From a virus (taxonomy: Duplodnaviria > Caudoviricetes), in the IMG/VR virus record IMGVR_UViG_3300030708_001253, positions 1 to 36,155 of that record: 36,155 bases of DNA. One strand, given 5' to 3'. Under the pieces are notes generated by a model. The model made no database searches, was not told the DNA's origin, and worked only from the letters and a program-made list of their open reading frames with translations. Positions 18,335 through 29,093 of the stretch are shown here, one piece after another (position 1 is the first letter of the stretch; every line of letters starts with the position of its first letter). Position numbers and translations under genes: made by a program.

Positions 18335-19962
18335 TGCAAATACCAGTTAATAGATTAACAGGTTTACCAATACCGATGCAAAAAAATGCAAAAGTATATA
18401 ATATGGGTAGATCTTTACTTGATAATATTTACGGTGCTAGTAGTGATCCTTCTATTCAAGCAAGTCCTCCTAGCCGATTTAGACCACAGATGATGGTTGG
18501 CTTTGGTCAAAATAAAACTGGATTTTCAATTCCTAGAATATTTACTAATACTGATAGATCACAATTTGTAGATCCTAATATTGATAATCCTCTTTTAAGA
18601 AATTATCCTCAATTAAGAGATCAAATAAATAATGTTTATTCACGAATACCTGAAGATCAAAGAAAATTTGTAACAGTACAAGATGGAAAAGTTGTTTTTA
18701 ATTTACCTGAAGAATTCGAATTTGGAAATCCTAACATTACAACAAATCAAACAGAAAATGTAACAAGCAACATTCCTCAATTTGATACAGAACAAGAATA
18801 TTTAAAAGCTTCTGGTTTATTAGATCAACAAAGAAAACAACCTACAACTACTACTGGTACATCACAAGATACATCTGCAAAAAAAAGAAAAGGTTTACTA
18901 GATCAATTTAAAGATTTTGTAAAATCAGATTATGGAACTGATTTTGCTATGGGTTTATTACAACAAAGCGGATATTCAACTATGCCACAAACATTAGGTC
19001 AAGCTATTGGTATGGCAGATGAGTATGCTACAAATAAAAGTCTAGCAAGAGAAGAACTAGACATTAAAAGAGAAGCTGCAAAAAAAAGTAATGTAGATAA
19101 AAAAGACTTTGCTTACATTGTAAAAAATCCTAATGACGGAAAAATCTATAATGCTTATCAAACTGATAGTGGAATTGTAGTTGATGTAAATGGTAAAGAT
19201 AAACCATTTAGAAATGATATGTTTGGCGGTGAATTACAAGCAGAAATTTCTACCGTTGGCAATTTAGGTGATACAAATATATCTGGTAATGCTTTTATTA
19301 AAATTAAAAGCGATCTTGAAACAACAGAAAATCAGTTACAAAAAATTGCACGATACATGGAAAATGTTGATTCAGCTCCACAAGGTATGGAGAAGTTGGC
19401 TACACAATTTAACACTTATATAAAAACTATTTTAGCTGACAATGATTTAAATCCACAAGAATTAAAACAGGCAATTATAGCTGGTGAGTTTCAAGGATTA
19501 ATTGGAGCAAACAGAGTAGAAGTTGTTGGTGGTGGTGTAATGACCGAACAAGATGCTGCAAGAATTATGTTAGCACTTGGTGGTGATCCTGCAAACATAG
19601 CTACTAATCCTGATGTAGTGATTGGATTGATGTCAAATATATTTGCTGAAAAATATAATACATATAAAGATGCACTAGAAACATATAACATAAATGTTAC
19701 TTCTGGTGGATTTACTAATTATCCAAAAAAAGAATTAATTAAATTTAATGATAATTTTTTAGAAACAATTAATCCTCAAAAATTATTAGAATTAGATTTA
19801 TCTGATATTCCTAATTTTTCAAAAAACCAACTTTTTAGATTATTAAGAAATAATACAGATGCAAATGGTGAAGTAATTGAAGAAAGATTTAGTGATTTAG
19901 AAATTTCGCAAATAATAGAATTGGCAAAAAAATATAACATAGAAATAGATTTAGGTGAATAA
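18334..19962 (+). CDS. Putative internal virion / ejection protein
   Basis: 542 aa, position in the ejection module. Confidence 0.55.
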   Translation: MQIPVNRLTGLPIPMQKNAKVYNMGRSLLDNIYGASSDPSIQASPPSRFRPQMMVGFGQNKTGFSIPRIFTNTDRSQFVDPNIDNPLLRNYPQLRDQINNVYSRIPEDQRKFVTVQDGKVVFNLPEEFEFGNPNITTNQTENVTSNIPQFDTEQEYLKASGLLDQQRKQPTTTTGTSQDTSAKKRKGLLDQFKDFVKSDYGTDFAMGLLQQSGYSTMPQTLGQAIGMADEYATNKSLAREELDIKREAAKKSNVDKKDFAYIVKNPNDGKIYNAYQTDSGIVVDVNGKDKPFRNDMFGGELQAEISTVGNLGDTNISGNAFIKIKSDLETTENQLQKIARYMENVDSAPQGMEKLATQFNTYIKTILADNDLNPQELKQAIIAGEFQGLIGANRVEVVGGGVMTEQDAARIMLALGGDPANIATNPDVVIGLMSNIFAEKYNTYKDALETYNINVTSGGFTNYPKKELIKFNDNFLETINPQKLLELDLSDIPNFSKNQLFRLLRNNTDANGEVIEERFSDLEISQIIELAKKYNIEIDLGE

Positions 19963-21662
19963 TGGGAAGTCTAACTGAAATATTAAATTCTTTAGAAAAA
20001 GATGTTGTAAAGAAAAATAAAAGTAGCTTCAATGTTGGTGCAGGTGAAGGTATGCTTCGTGCAGGTCTTGGTCAAGGTGTTGCTTTTGGATTTGGTGATG
20101 AATTAGAAGCACTTTACAAATCACGAACAAGAGGAACTAAATACGAAGATGAACTTGCTGATGCTAGAGCTAAAATAAAAAGATTTAGAGAAACTAATCC
20201 TACACTTGCTTATGGAAGTGAAATTGGTGGTGCAATATTACCAATGATTGCTAGTGGTGGTGCTACTGCTGTTGGTCAAGGACTTGCAAGAGCAGGTGCT
20301 AGAGGACTTAGTGGAGCTGCTATTAGGGGTACAGGTGGAGCAGTAAGTGGTGTTGGTAAAGCAATTAACTTAGCACAAACTGGTGGTATAAAAGGTGCAG
20401 CTAAATTAGGTGCTGTGCAAGGCGGTTTATATGGAGCAGGAGTTGGTGAAGATGCAGAAAGCAGAATAAAAGGTGCTGTAGGTGGTGCTGTACTAGGTGC
20501 AGGAATAGGAAAAGCTGCTGAAAAAATATTACCTAAAACAACTGATTTAGCAAAAAAATTTATAAGAGAAGGTATAGGATTGACAGGTGGTCAAACTGTT
20601 AAAGGTAGTGGATCTTTAGGTAATTTATTATATGGTATTGAAGCATCATCAACATCATTACCTGGTGTTGGAGCTGCTATTTCACAGGCAAAAACAAAAT
20701 CATTATCAGAGTTCAACAAGTTTGCAATGATAGAAGCATTAGAGCCAATATTAGATAAAGAATCAAAAAGAATTTTACAGACAAAACTTAAAAATGTAAA
20801 TGGCACAGAAGCATATAGAGTAGTTCAAGAAACATTGGATGAAGCATACAGTAAAATAATACCAGAATTAACATTAGACGCAAAGTCTATCACTTCACTT
20901 CAAGATGATTTTGTTAATATAATTGCCAAATCTGATACTGACGAAGCATCTAAAGATTTACTTTTAAAAAGAATAAAAAATTTATTTGAAGATAAAATTT
21001 CAATAGATGCAGATGGAAATAAATTTATTTCAGGTGCAGATGTAAAAAAATTGCAATCAGTATTAGGAAAAGATGCTACAAAATTTTTTAAAAAAGGTGG
21101 TTTTGACGAATATATAGGTGAAGCATTTAATGAAATGAAAAATGCTTTATCACAAAGAATTAATTTATCCGCAGGTGCAGGTGTAAAATTAAAAGACATA
21201 AATTTAGCATTTGCACAATTAAAACCAATTGGTGATGCTGTGGCAAAAGCTAATAAAACAGAAGGTATTTTTTCATCAAGACAATTATTAGATGCAATTA
21301 AACAAGCTGACTTATCTCCTGGTAGAAAAATGACAAAAACTGGTAGAAACTTAATGCTTAATACAGCAAGAGAAGGTGATGAAATTTTTGGTGATTTTGT
21401 TCCTGATAGTGGAACTGCATCAAGATTAATTGCAGGTGCTTCAGCTATATCTCCATCATTAATTGCAAGATTAATATTACCAACTTTTGCAGCACAAGGT
21501 TTGTATGGTGGATCAAGAGCATTAACAAGAGGTTTAATAAATGTGCCTTCAGTAGCAGCTTCAGGTGGTGGTAGAGTTGCTTCAGGATTATTAGGAGAAA
21601 GTGCTTTTAATATGCCACAAAATCAAATGCAAAATTTAATGAATTATAGGATGCAACAATGA
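19962..21662 (+). CDS. Putative internal virion / ejection protein
   Basis: QGVAFGFGDEL motif, Gly/Ala-rich hydrophobic stretches, PDSGTA. Confidence 0.65.
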   Translation: MGSLTEILNSLEKDVVKKNKSSFNVGAGEGMLRAGLGQGVAFGFGDELEALYKSRTRGTKYEDELADARAKIKRFRETNPTLAYGSEIGGAILPMIASGGATAVGQGLARAGARGLSGAAIRGTGGAVSGVGKAINLAQTGGIKGAAKLGAVQGGLYGAGVGEDAESRIKGAVGGAVLGAGIGKAAEKILPKTTDLAKKFIREGIGLTGGQTVKGSGSLGNLLYGIEASSTSLPGVGAAISQAKTKSLSEFNKFAMIEALEPILDKESKRILQTKLKNVNGTEAYRVVQETLDEAYSKIIPELTLDAKSITSLQDDFVNIIAKSDTDEASKDLLLKRIKNLFEDKISIDADGNKFISGADVKKLQSVLGKDATKFFKKGGFDEYIGEAFNEMKNALSQRINLSAGAGVKLKDINLAFAQLKPIGDAVAKANKTEGIFSSRQLLDAIKQADLSPGRKMTKTGRNLMLNTAREGDEIFGDFVPDSGTASRLIAGASAISPSLIARLILPTFAAQGLYGGSRALTRGLINVPSVAASGGGRVASGLLGESAFNMPQNQMQNLMNYRMQQ

Positions 21663-23476
21663 CAGTAAGTAATTATTCAACAACAGCAGCTAACAATACA
21701 ACGATTAATAGCATTAGTATTGCAGAAGGGATGCCACCTTCTAATGTCAACAATGCAATGCGTAACCAATTAAGTGATATTCGTTCTTTTTTAAATGACA
21801 AAGAATGGTTTATTGTTGGTGATCGTGATGGTGCGTGTACTTTTGCCAGAGCTTCAGGAACTTCGGTTACTGTTGCATCAACAAATGTTACAGCCGATTA
21901 TCACGCAAACAGACGAGTAAAAGTTGTTGGTGCAAATACTGGCACCTTATATGGTAAGGTTGCTTCTTCTTCTTTTTCTACAAACACAACAATTAATTTT
22001 ACTTTTGATAGTGGTACAATAAGCGGATCAGATACAAATGTTGATGTCTTTGTTGGCTCTCCATTTACTAATCCTGCAATACCAGTAATTGATGACAACA
22101 GTTTAGGTACAAGCACAGTATTACCTCCATCGCAAGGATCAGTAAAAACGTATGTAGATGCACAAATTACAGCACAAGATTTAGATTATGCAGGTGATAG
22201 TGGAACAGGTGCAGTTGATTTAGACTCACAAACTTTTACTTTGGCAGGTGGCGAAGGTATTGATACCACAGCTTCAGGTCAAACTTTAACAATAGCAGGT
22301 GAAGATGCTACTACAAGTAATAAGGGTATCGCTAGTTTTAGCTCTGATAATTTTTCTGTATCTTCTGGTGCAGTAACAATTAAAAATGGTGGAGTTGAAA
22401 ATGCCGAACTCGTAAACTCAACAGTAAATTATGGTGGTGTAAGTCTAGCTCTTGGTGGCTCAGATACTACTCCTGCATTTAATTTATCAGACGCAACAAA
22501 TTATCCAACATCATCATTAACAGGAACAATATCAAATTCTCAATTAGCAACAGGAATTGATGCTACTAAGATTGCAGATGGAAGTGTAACAAATTCTGAA
22601 TTTCAATTTATAAATACTTTATCTTCTAATGCACAAACACAGATTAACACAAAACTTACTGCATCAGATAATTTAAGTGATGTTGCAAATGCAGGTACTT
22701 CAAGAACAAATTTAGGTCTAGGAGATATTTCAACACAAGCTGCTAGTAACGTTGCAATTACAGGGGGTAGCATAACAGGTCTTGGATCACCAAGTAACAA
22801 TAGTGATGTAGCAATTAAAAGTTATGTAGATAATCTTGTAACAGGATTAAAAACAAGAATTATAGTAAGAGCTGCATCAACAGGTAATATTTCTTTATCT
22901 TCTGATTTACAAAATGGTGATACTTTAGACGGAGTAACTTTAGCAACGAATGATAAAGTTTTAATTAAAAGCCAATCAGATAATACACAAAATGGTATTT
23001 ATAAAGTTGTAGCAAGTGGCACAGCAAGTCGTGATCCTGACTTTGATACAGTTGACGAACTTGCAGGTCAGATGATCATTGTAAAAGAAGGAAGTGTAAA
23101 CGCAGACTCTTTTCATCTTTGTACTACTGATTCAGGATCAATTCCGACAGCAGCAATAACCTTTACACAGGTTACGCCTTCGTCAGGTGGCACAGTAACA
23201 CAAGTTGGCATTGCACAAGCAGGATCAGAATTTACAATATCAGGATCACCAATAACAACTTCAGGCAATATTACTTTAGGTATAGGTACTATTGCTAATA
23301 CAAAAATTTCTGGTCTAGGCACAGCATCAACAAAAGCTGTTGGTACTTCAGCAGACAATGTTGTGCAACTAGACGGATCAGCAAGATTACCTGCGGTAGA
23401 TGGTAGTCAATTAACAAACTTGCCAAGCACAGGAGCAACTAATGGTTTTGCGATTGCGATGGCAATAGCATTATAG
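21659..23476 (+). CDS. Tail fibre protein
   Basis: N-terminal AEGMPPSNVNNAMR; Ser/Thr/Gly-rich; DGVTL...QNGIY domain; LPAVDGSQLT; C-terminal FAIAMAIAL. Confidence 0.85.
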   Translation: MTVSNYSTTAANNTTINSISIAEGMPPSNVNNAMRNQLSDIRSFLNDKEWFIVGDRDGACTFARASGTSVTVASTNVTADYHANRRVKVVGANTGTLYGKVASSSFSTNTTINFTFDSGTISGSDTNVDVFVGSPFTNPAIPVIDDNSLGTSTVLPPSQGSVKTYVDAQITAQDLDYAGDSGTGAVDLDSQTFTLAGGEGIDTTASGQTLTIAGEDATTSNKGIASFSSDNFSVSSGAVTIKNGGVENAELVNSTVNYGGVSLALGGSDTTPAFNLSDATNYPTSSLTGTISNSQLATGIDATKIADGSVTNSEFQFINTLSSNAQTQINTKLTASDNLSDVANAGTSRTNLGLGDISTQAASNVAITGGSITGLGSPSNNSDVAIKSYVDNLVTGLKTRIIVRAASTGNISLSSDLQNGDTLDGVTLATNDKVLIKSQSDNTQNGIYKVVASGTASRDPDFDTVDELAGQMIIVKEGSVNADSFHLCTTDSGSIPTAAITFTQVTPSSGGTVTQVGIAQAGSEFTISGSPITTSGNITLGIGTIANTKISGLGTASTKAVGTSADNVVQLDGSARLPAVDGSQLTNLPSTGATNGFAIAMAIAL

Positions 23477-23485
23477 AGAGGAAAC

Positions 23486-23812
23486 ATGGCACAAAATTTT
23501 AGAAGATACAAAGCTAGAAATATTGGCACAAGTGCATCAACTCTTTTTACTGCAAACTCTAACGACACAATCGTTGGTATCTCATTAGCAAATGTTCATT
23601 CATCTGCAATTAATGTGAGTGTATTTATAAACGATAGTTCTAATGATTTTTATTTACTTAAATCTGCTCCAATCCCAACAGGATCGCAATTACAAGTATT
23701 AGATGGTGGTGCAAAGTTTGTTGTTCAAAGTGGCGATATTTTAAAAATACAAAGTGATACTGCATCAAGTGTAGATGCGTGGGTATCAACTGTAGATGAC
23801 ATTAGCACATAA
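23486..23812 (+). CDS. Tail-fibre-associated small protein
   Basis: MAQNFRR family; follows the AIAL-ending fibre. Confidence 0.7.
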   Translation: MAQNFRRYKARNIGTSASTLFTANSNDTIVGISLANVHSSAINVSVFINDSSNDFYLLKSAPIPTGSQLQVLDGGAKFVVQSGDILKIQSDTASSVDAWVSTVDDIST

Positions 23813-23822
23813 GAGGTAATGA

Positions 23823-24962
23823 ATGAGTTATATTGGAAATAAACCTGCTACGTCTTTCGAGACAGTTCAAAAACAAGTAAGTACAACAAATAGTGGAACA
23901 CAGATAACATTAGATAGAGCTGTTACTTCTGTTCAAGACATACTTGTAACAGTAGACGCAGTAATACAATCTTATGATAATTATTCTGTTAGTGGAACAA
24001 CACTTACACTTGGTGGCACATTAAATAATAATAGAGTAGAAATTTTGTATGTTGGTAGAACAATGCAATCAGTTGATCCAACGGATGATAGTGTATCGGC
24101 TGCTAAAATAAAAACAGATGCAGTTACCACAGCAAAAGTACAAAACGATGCTATTACAGTTGACAAACTAAATCTTATCTCAACTTCTAGTGTACCATCA
24201 TTAGAAGCTAAAGGTGATGGTAGTTCAGTTGCAGGTAAAATAAAATTGAATTGCCATGTCAATAGTCATGGAGTTACATTACAAAGTCCAGATCACTCAT
24301 CATCGCAATCCTGGACATTAAAACTTCCTGATAACTCTCCAACAGCAGATAAGTTTTTAAAAGTAAAAAGCATTACTGGAAGTGGCTCTACTGCAACAGG
24401 TCAATTAGAATTTGCAGATGCAAGTGGTGGTTTAGTTTATCTTGGTGGCTCAGAAAGTTCTAGTTCAGCTAGTGCAGTTACTTTTGATAATGTTTTTTCT
24501 TCTACTTATAGAGCTTACAAAATTATAGGAATGATTGCTCCATCAACAGATACATGGATAAAATTTAGATTAAGAGCAAGTAGTTCAGATTTAAACAACA
24601 ATCAGTACATAAATTTAGAAAGAACAAGTTATATTGATAATGGAGAAAACCAAGCACAAAATAATTATGGTAATCACACAGCTACTTATGGTGCTTTTGC
24701 ACAAGCAGATATAGATAGTGATAGTGATGCACATTATGTTGGTTTTGATTTTACTGTTTATGATCCTAATACAGATGTTTTTGCAAGGCACATGATAAGT
24801 GGAACATACACATTTAGAAATGGTGGTAGTGATAAATTATATGTAGGTATGTTTGGTCATAGTGCTACAGCAAATCAAAATGCAGATGGAATTAAATTTG
24901 AAACAAATGCAGGTACATTATCGTATCATAGCATTAGAGTATATGGAATGGTGAACTCATGA
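23823..24962 (+). CDS. Tail fibre / receptor-binding protein
   Basis: MSYIG N-terminus, AVTTAK repeats, C-terminal beta domain ending IRVYG. Confidence 0.75.
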   Translation: MSYIGNKPATSFETVQKQVSTTNSGTQITLDRAVTSVQDILVTVDAVIQSYDNYSVSGTTLTLGGTLNNNRVEILYVGRTMQSVDPTDDSVSAAKIKTDAVTTAKVQNDAITVDKLNLISTSSVPSLEAKGDGSSVAGKIKLNCHVNSHGVTLQSPDHSSSQSWTLKLPDNSPTADKFLKVKSITGSGSTATGQLEFADASGGLVYLGGSESSSSASAVTFDNVFSSTYRAYKIIGMIAPSTDTWIKFRLRASSSDLNNNQYINLERTSYIDNGENQAQNNYGNHTATYGAFAQADIDSDSDAHYVGFDFTVYDPNTDVFARHMISGTYTFRNGGSDKLYVGMFGHSATANQNADGIKFETNAGTLSYHSIRVYGMVNS

Positions 24963-25270
24963 GTGAATTAATTAATATAATAAATGGTGTGCCTACTCCT
25001 TTTACAGATGAGGAAAAAGCACAAAGAGAAAAAGATATTGCAGATTACAATAGCGATGCATCTAAACTTTCCAGAATAAAAATATTAAGACAACAATTTT
25101 TAGAACAAACTGATTGGTGGGTGTTGCGTGGCAACATGACAGATGCACAAACTCAATATAGGCAAAAGCTAAGAGATATACCTGCCAATTACGATAATTC
25201 TAAATATGATGAATTACTTGCTAGAGATGAGCAAGGTAACTTAACACATACAGTATGGGAGAAACCATAA
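24959..25270 (+). CDS. Tail fibre assembly chaperone
   Basis: LEQTDWW...YRQKLRDIP motif. Confidence 0.8.
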   Translation: MSELINIINGVPTPFTDEEKAQREKDIADYNSDASKLSRIKILRQQFLEQTDWWVLRGNMTDAQTQYRQKLRDIPANYDNSKYDELLARDEQGNLTHTVWEKP

Positions 25271-25271
25271 T

Positions 25272-25775
25272 ATGCCTTTTACAAAAATAGACGCAGCTAA
25301 TTTAGGTGGAACAACACTTCCTGCTCTTAATGGAAGTGCATTAACAAATATTAGTGCAGGTAAGATTGGTCAAGTCGTTTCAACTGCAAGGTCAGTAGAA
25401 ACATATTCAAGTTCTGATAGTTTAGTAGCAACTGGTCATATTGCAACTCTAACACCATCTGCAACATCTTCAAAAATATTAATTATTTTAGGAATGGCTA
25501 ATGCTTATGTAAATTCTGGTAACAAGGATATGAGAATAAATTATTATAGCAGCATAGGTGGTGCTTCATATTCTGATATTGGAGCAATAGGTCAATTAAG
25601 AAATGATGTTAGAACAGCTTTTGGCGGTAATCATTATTTATATTCACCAAACACCACTAGCTCTGTAGCTATTCAAACTTATTATAGTCGTGCTAATAGT
25701 GGAACAGGAACAGTATATTACATAAACACTACAAATCAATATACTAATCTTACTCTTATGGAGGTGTTAGCATGA
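25272..25775 (+). CDS. Small tail fibre / adhesin protein
   Basis: LPALNGSALT, GKIGQVV, TPSATSSKILI, TLMEV. Confidence 0.7.
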   Translation: MPFTKIDAANLGGTTLPALNGSALTNISAGKIGQVVSTARSVETYSSSDSLVATGHIATLTPSATSSKILIILGMANAYVNSGNKDMRINYYSSIGGASYSDIGAIGQLRNDVRTAFGGNHYLYSPNTTSSVAIQTYYSRANSGTGTVYYINTTNQYTNLTLMEVLA

Positions 25776-25987
25776 CTAATATGGAAAAATTTTGGAAAGC
25801 ATTATTTACATTAAAAGCTGATGTTCAAGTAAGTGGCTCTGGAGAAATTTTAACTGAAGAGGATTTCAATAATCTTGATTGGGTTATTGGTGTTGCCGAA
25901 GATGGTCAAACAGCTATTACAAGTAAAACAAATCCTCATCCTGAAATCACTTGGACATTGTTAAAAGAAGAAATGGATAAATTATGA
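25772..25987 (+). CDS. Putative tail fibre chaperone
   Basis: Small acidic ORF coupled to the adhesin gene. Confidence 0.55.
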   Translation: MTNMEKFWKALFTLKADVQVSGSGEILTEEDFNNLDWVIGVAEDGQTAITSKTNPHPEITWTLLKEEMDKL

Positions 25988-26433
25988 GTTACATAGGCAG
26001 AGATTTAAACATAGGTGATAGAAAAATTTTATCAGTAACAGGAAGTTCTCCTGCAACAAGTTATACTTTACAACATAACTCGCAAAACTTTGTACCATCG
26101 TCAGCACAAAATATTTTAGTAAGTGTAAACGGAGTTATTCAAGAGCCAGTAACAGCATATACTGTATCTGGTGCAACTTTAGACTTTAACGGAGTAAGTG
26201 TAGCAAGTTCGGACATAGATTTCATAATAGCTGAAGGACAATCAGTAGATGTTGGTACTCCTTCAGATGGTACAGTTGCAGCTAGTAAACTTTCAAGCAC
26301 ATTCTATTTAGAAAATCCTACAAGCTATACGGATCTAACAATTACAAGTGGTCGTAATGCAATGCTTGTTGGTACAGTAACAATAAATGGAACTCTTACT
26401 GTTCCTGCAAATTCAACATTGGTGGTGATATAA
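25984..26433 (+). CDS. Tail-associated protein (MSYIG paralogue)
   Basis: LVSVNGVIQEP..AYTVSG; paralogous N-terminus to 23823. Confidence 0.7.
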   Translation: MSYIGRDLNIGDRKILSVTGSSPATSYTLQHNSQNFVPSSAQNILVSVNGVIQEPVTAYTVSGATLDFNGVSVASSDIDFIIAEGQSVDVGTPSDGTVAASKLSSTFYLENPTSYTDLTITSGRNAMLVGTVTINGTLTVPANSTLVVI

Positions 26434-27014
26434 TGAGTGAAATACAAGCGAATAAACTTTCTCCTGCAAGTGGAACAGCTTTACAAGTTGGTGATAGCGG
26501 AGATACAATTACAATTCCTAGTGGAGCAACAATAACAAATTCTGGTACTGCTACTGGTTTTGGCATGAGTTCAGCAAATACTCCTATGTTTGCAATAAAA
26601 ATGAGTGGAAACTTAGACCCAAGTAATGCTACTTGGACTTTAATTCCTTTTGATTCAGAAGAAATAGATACAGATAGTGCTTACACAAATACTGCTAGTA
26701 ATTATAAATTTACAGTTCCAAGTGGAGAAGCTGGTAAATATTTTATTTATGGTCATGTTTTAATAAATTCACTTACCAATTCAGATTTTATTGCTGGTCA
26801 ACTAGGAATTTACAAAAATGGTACTCGTAGAGTTCAATCAGAAAATAATGTTAGAAATACAAGAACAAAATATCACACATTTAATGTTGCTCATGTATTT
26901 GATTTAGCAGTTGGAGATTACATTCAATTATATGGCTCAATAGATACGGATGATGGATCTGGAAGAATTAATAGTGGAGAAAATTCAGTATTTGGAGGTT
27001 TTAAATTAACATGA
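26433..27014 (+). CDS. C1q-like adhesin domain protein
   Basis: GDSGDTITIPSG; FDSEEID...FTVPSGEAGKYF...DYIQLY...FGGFKL. Confidence 0.75.
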   Translation: MSEIQANKLSPASGTALQVGDSGDTITIPSGATITNSGTATGFGMSSANTPMFAIKMSGNLDPSNATWTLIPFDSEEIDTDSAYTNTASNYKFTVPSGEAGKYFIYGHVLINSLTNSDFIAGQLGIYKNGTRRVQSENNVRNTRTKYHTFNVAHVFDLAVGDYIQLYGSIDTDDGSGRINSGENSVFGGFKLT

Positions 27015-27574
27015 GTACATTAAAAGTAGATACAATATTAAAAAGAACAGGAACAGGCACAATCACACTTGGACAATCTGGTGATACAATCGCATTAGGA
27101 TCAGGTGCTTCACAAACAGGTTTTGGTGGAGTCAACACACCACTTTTTTCTGTTAAATGTGGAACATTTAATATTTCAAATAGCACAATGACAAAGATAC
27201 AATTTGATACTGAAAGTGGTAATTTCTTTGATCCTAGCGGAGTGTTTGATACATCAAATAATAGAGTTACTCCAAGCTCAACAGGATATTATTTATTTGG
27301 TTGTGCTGTAACTATTAAAGATGTTGGTGATGGTAAAAAATTTCAAATGCAATTACGAAAAAATGGAGCGGCTTTTTTTACTGGCACAGGTCAAGCAGAC
27401 TACATGAATACAGCAGGTGTAAATGACAACCTTACAACTAATGGCACATGGCTTGTAAATCACACAACAGCTACGGATTATTACGAAATTTTTTGTTTGC
27501 ACAATAAAGGAAGCACTCAAGAAACAAGAGGTGATTTTAATAACAATTTTTGGGGTATCAAACTAATATCATAA
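27011..27574 (+). CDS. C1q-like adhesin domain protein
   Basis: GQSGDTI; FDTE...TP..TGYY...DYYEIF...FWGIKL. Confidence 0.75.
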   Translation: MSTLKVDTILKRTGTGTITLGQSGDTIALGSGASQTGFGGVNTPLFSVKCGTFNISNSTMTKIQFDTESGNFFDPSGVFDTSNNRVTPSSTGYYLFGCAVTIKDVGDGKKFQMQLRKNGAAFFTGTGQADYMNTAGVNDNLTTNGTWLVNHTTATDYYEIFCLHNKGSTQETRGDFNNNFWGIKLIS

Positions 27575-27598
27575 AACAATTTTTTAAGGAGGTGCATG

Positions 27599-27928
27599 AT
27601 GGCACAATTAAGTACAAAAATAGAAATGTATTGCACAGCTAATGGTGTAGCTTCAGTAGATTTCACAAAAGACGTTATGTTGCAAGATGATTCAGATGGT
27701 AAGGGAGCTTACATCAAAGAATGGAATCTTGGCATAGCAAAACCAACTGACGAGCAACTTGCAAGTTATGATGCAGACGCAGACAAGCAAGAGCAAAACA
27801 ATCAAATTAGAGCAACTCGTAAAGCAGAATATGGCGATATAGGAGATCAATTAGATGAAATCTATAAAGACATAGATGCGTGGAAAACAAGAATTGCAAA
27901 AGTAAAAGCAGACAACCCAAAGGTATAA
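27599..27928 (+). CDS. XkdW-like / tail fibre chaperone protein
   Basis: LQDDSDGKGAYIKEWN..KPT.EQL; EYGDIGDQLD; AAGGAGG RBS. Confidence 0.7.
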   Translation: MAQLSTKIEMYCTANGVASVDFTKDVMLQDDSDGKGAYIKEWNLGIAKPTDEQLASYDADADKQEQNNQIRATRKAEYGDIGDQLDEIYKDIDAWKTRIAKVKADNPKV

Positions 27929-27932
27929 GTAA

Positions 27933-28481
27933 ATGAGTTCTATAATTCGTGTTAATGATATTCAAGATGCAGGTGGCAACAGTATTATTTCTAGTAATGG
28001 AAGTGGTACTGTAACTGTTGGTAATACTGCTTTAAAAAATACTCCTTTAATACAAGCAGGATTTTCTAGTGCTTCTCAATCTATATCTTCTGGTACAGAC
28101 ACAGAGATAGTCTATACAACAATAACAAAAGAAACACCAAGTGGTAAATTTAGTACCTCAACAGGTAGATTTACTCCAGGTGTAACAGGTTTTTATTATG
28201 TATCTGTTTTAGCAAGAATTAATGGTGGTAATAATTCAAGTGAATTTGGAAATTTACAAATAAGACTTAATGGATCTGCTTCCACAAATGGCACACAACA
28301 AGGTGCAACTTATAGAAGATATCAAGATACTGGTGATCATAACAGTTTTGAAGTTAGTTGTATTCTTGAGTTAACAAGTGTAACAGATTACATTTCTGCA
28401 TTCATTTATCAAAATCAAGGTAGTAGTAAAACTTTAGAAGCTAATCACACAAACTTTACAGCTTACAAACTTATTACATAG
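27933..28481 (+). CDS. C1q-like adhesin domain protein
   Basis: FTPGVTGFYYV...DYISAF...FTAYKL. Confidence 0.75.
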   Translation: MSSIIRVNDIQDAGGNSIISSNGSGTVTVGNTALKNTPLIQAGFSSASQSISSGTDTEIVYTTITKETPSGKFSTSTGRFTPGVTGFYYVSVLARINGGNNSSEFGNLQIRLNGSASTNGTQQGATYRRYQDTGDHNSFEVSCILELTSVTDYISAFIYQNQGSSKTLEANHTNFTAYKLIT

Positions 28482-28490
28482 GAGTATAGA

Positions 28491-29093
28491 ATGGCATTAA
28501 CAACAGTACGAAGCACAGGCATATCAAGTTTACCAAGTATAAGCGGAGCAAACTTAACTTCCCTCAATGCAAGTAATATATCTAGTGGAACATTATCAAC
28601 AAGCAGATATGTGCAAGGTGGAATTACATCAGCTTCACAATATAGACTAACAACTGATACGACAAATAGTGGTCTTTCATCTAACATTATTGTTAATAAC
28701 TGGGAACTAAATGACACAAGTGGATATGCAAGTCTTGGCTCTCCAGTTACACAAAGCAGTGGAGTATTTACTTTTCCAAGTACAGGTATTTGGTTAGTAA
28801 AAGCTATTTTTGCTTTTTATGAAGATACAGGCGGAACAGATACAGTTGATGTATATATGTATGGAACAAGAAATAATTTTAGTAATACCAATGACCAAAT
28901 GGAAAATTTTACAACAATTTTTGATGGATACTCAAATGCTTCTGTTACAGGAGAACATCTTTATGATGTTTCAGATACATCAAATCATAAAATGAAATTT
29001 GGTGTAACTGGTTTACTAGAGGGAAATTACCTTAGAGGTAATACTAATAAAAATTCAACAAGTGTAACATTTATTAGATTGGGAGATACATGA
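28491..29093 (+). CDS. C1q-like adhesin domain protein
   Basis: GANLTSLNAS; SSGVFTFPSTGIW; TFIRLGDT. Confidence 0.75.
   Translation: MALTTVRSTGISSLPSISGANLTSLNASNISSGTLSTSRYVQGGITSASQYRLTTDTTNSGLSSNIIVNNWELNDTSGYASLGSPVTQSSGVFTFPSTGIWLVKAIFAFYEDTGGTDTVDVYMYGTRNNFSNTNDQMENFTTIFDGYSNASVTGEHLYDVSDTSNHKMKFGVTGLLEGNYLRGNTNKNSTSVTFIRLGDT

Noticed and set aside
6965-28995. Many short antisense or alternate-frame ORFs inside structural genes
   Set aside because: Shadows of well-supported genes, with no RBS or motifs
23823-29093. Diversity-generating retroelement or invertible shufflon acting on adhesin genes
   Set aside because: No reverse transcriptase, no TR/VR nucleotide repeat pair and no inverted cassettes seen
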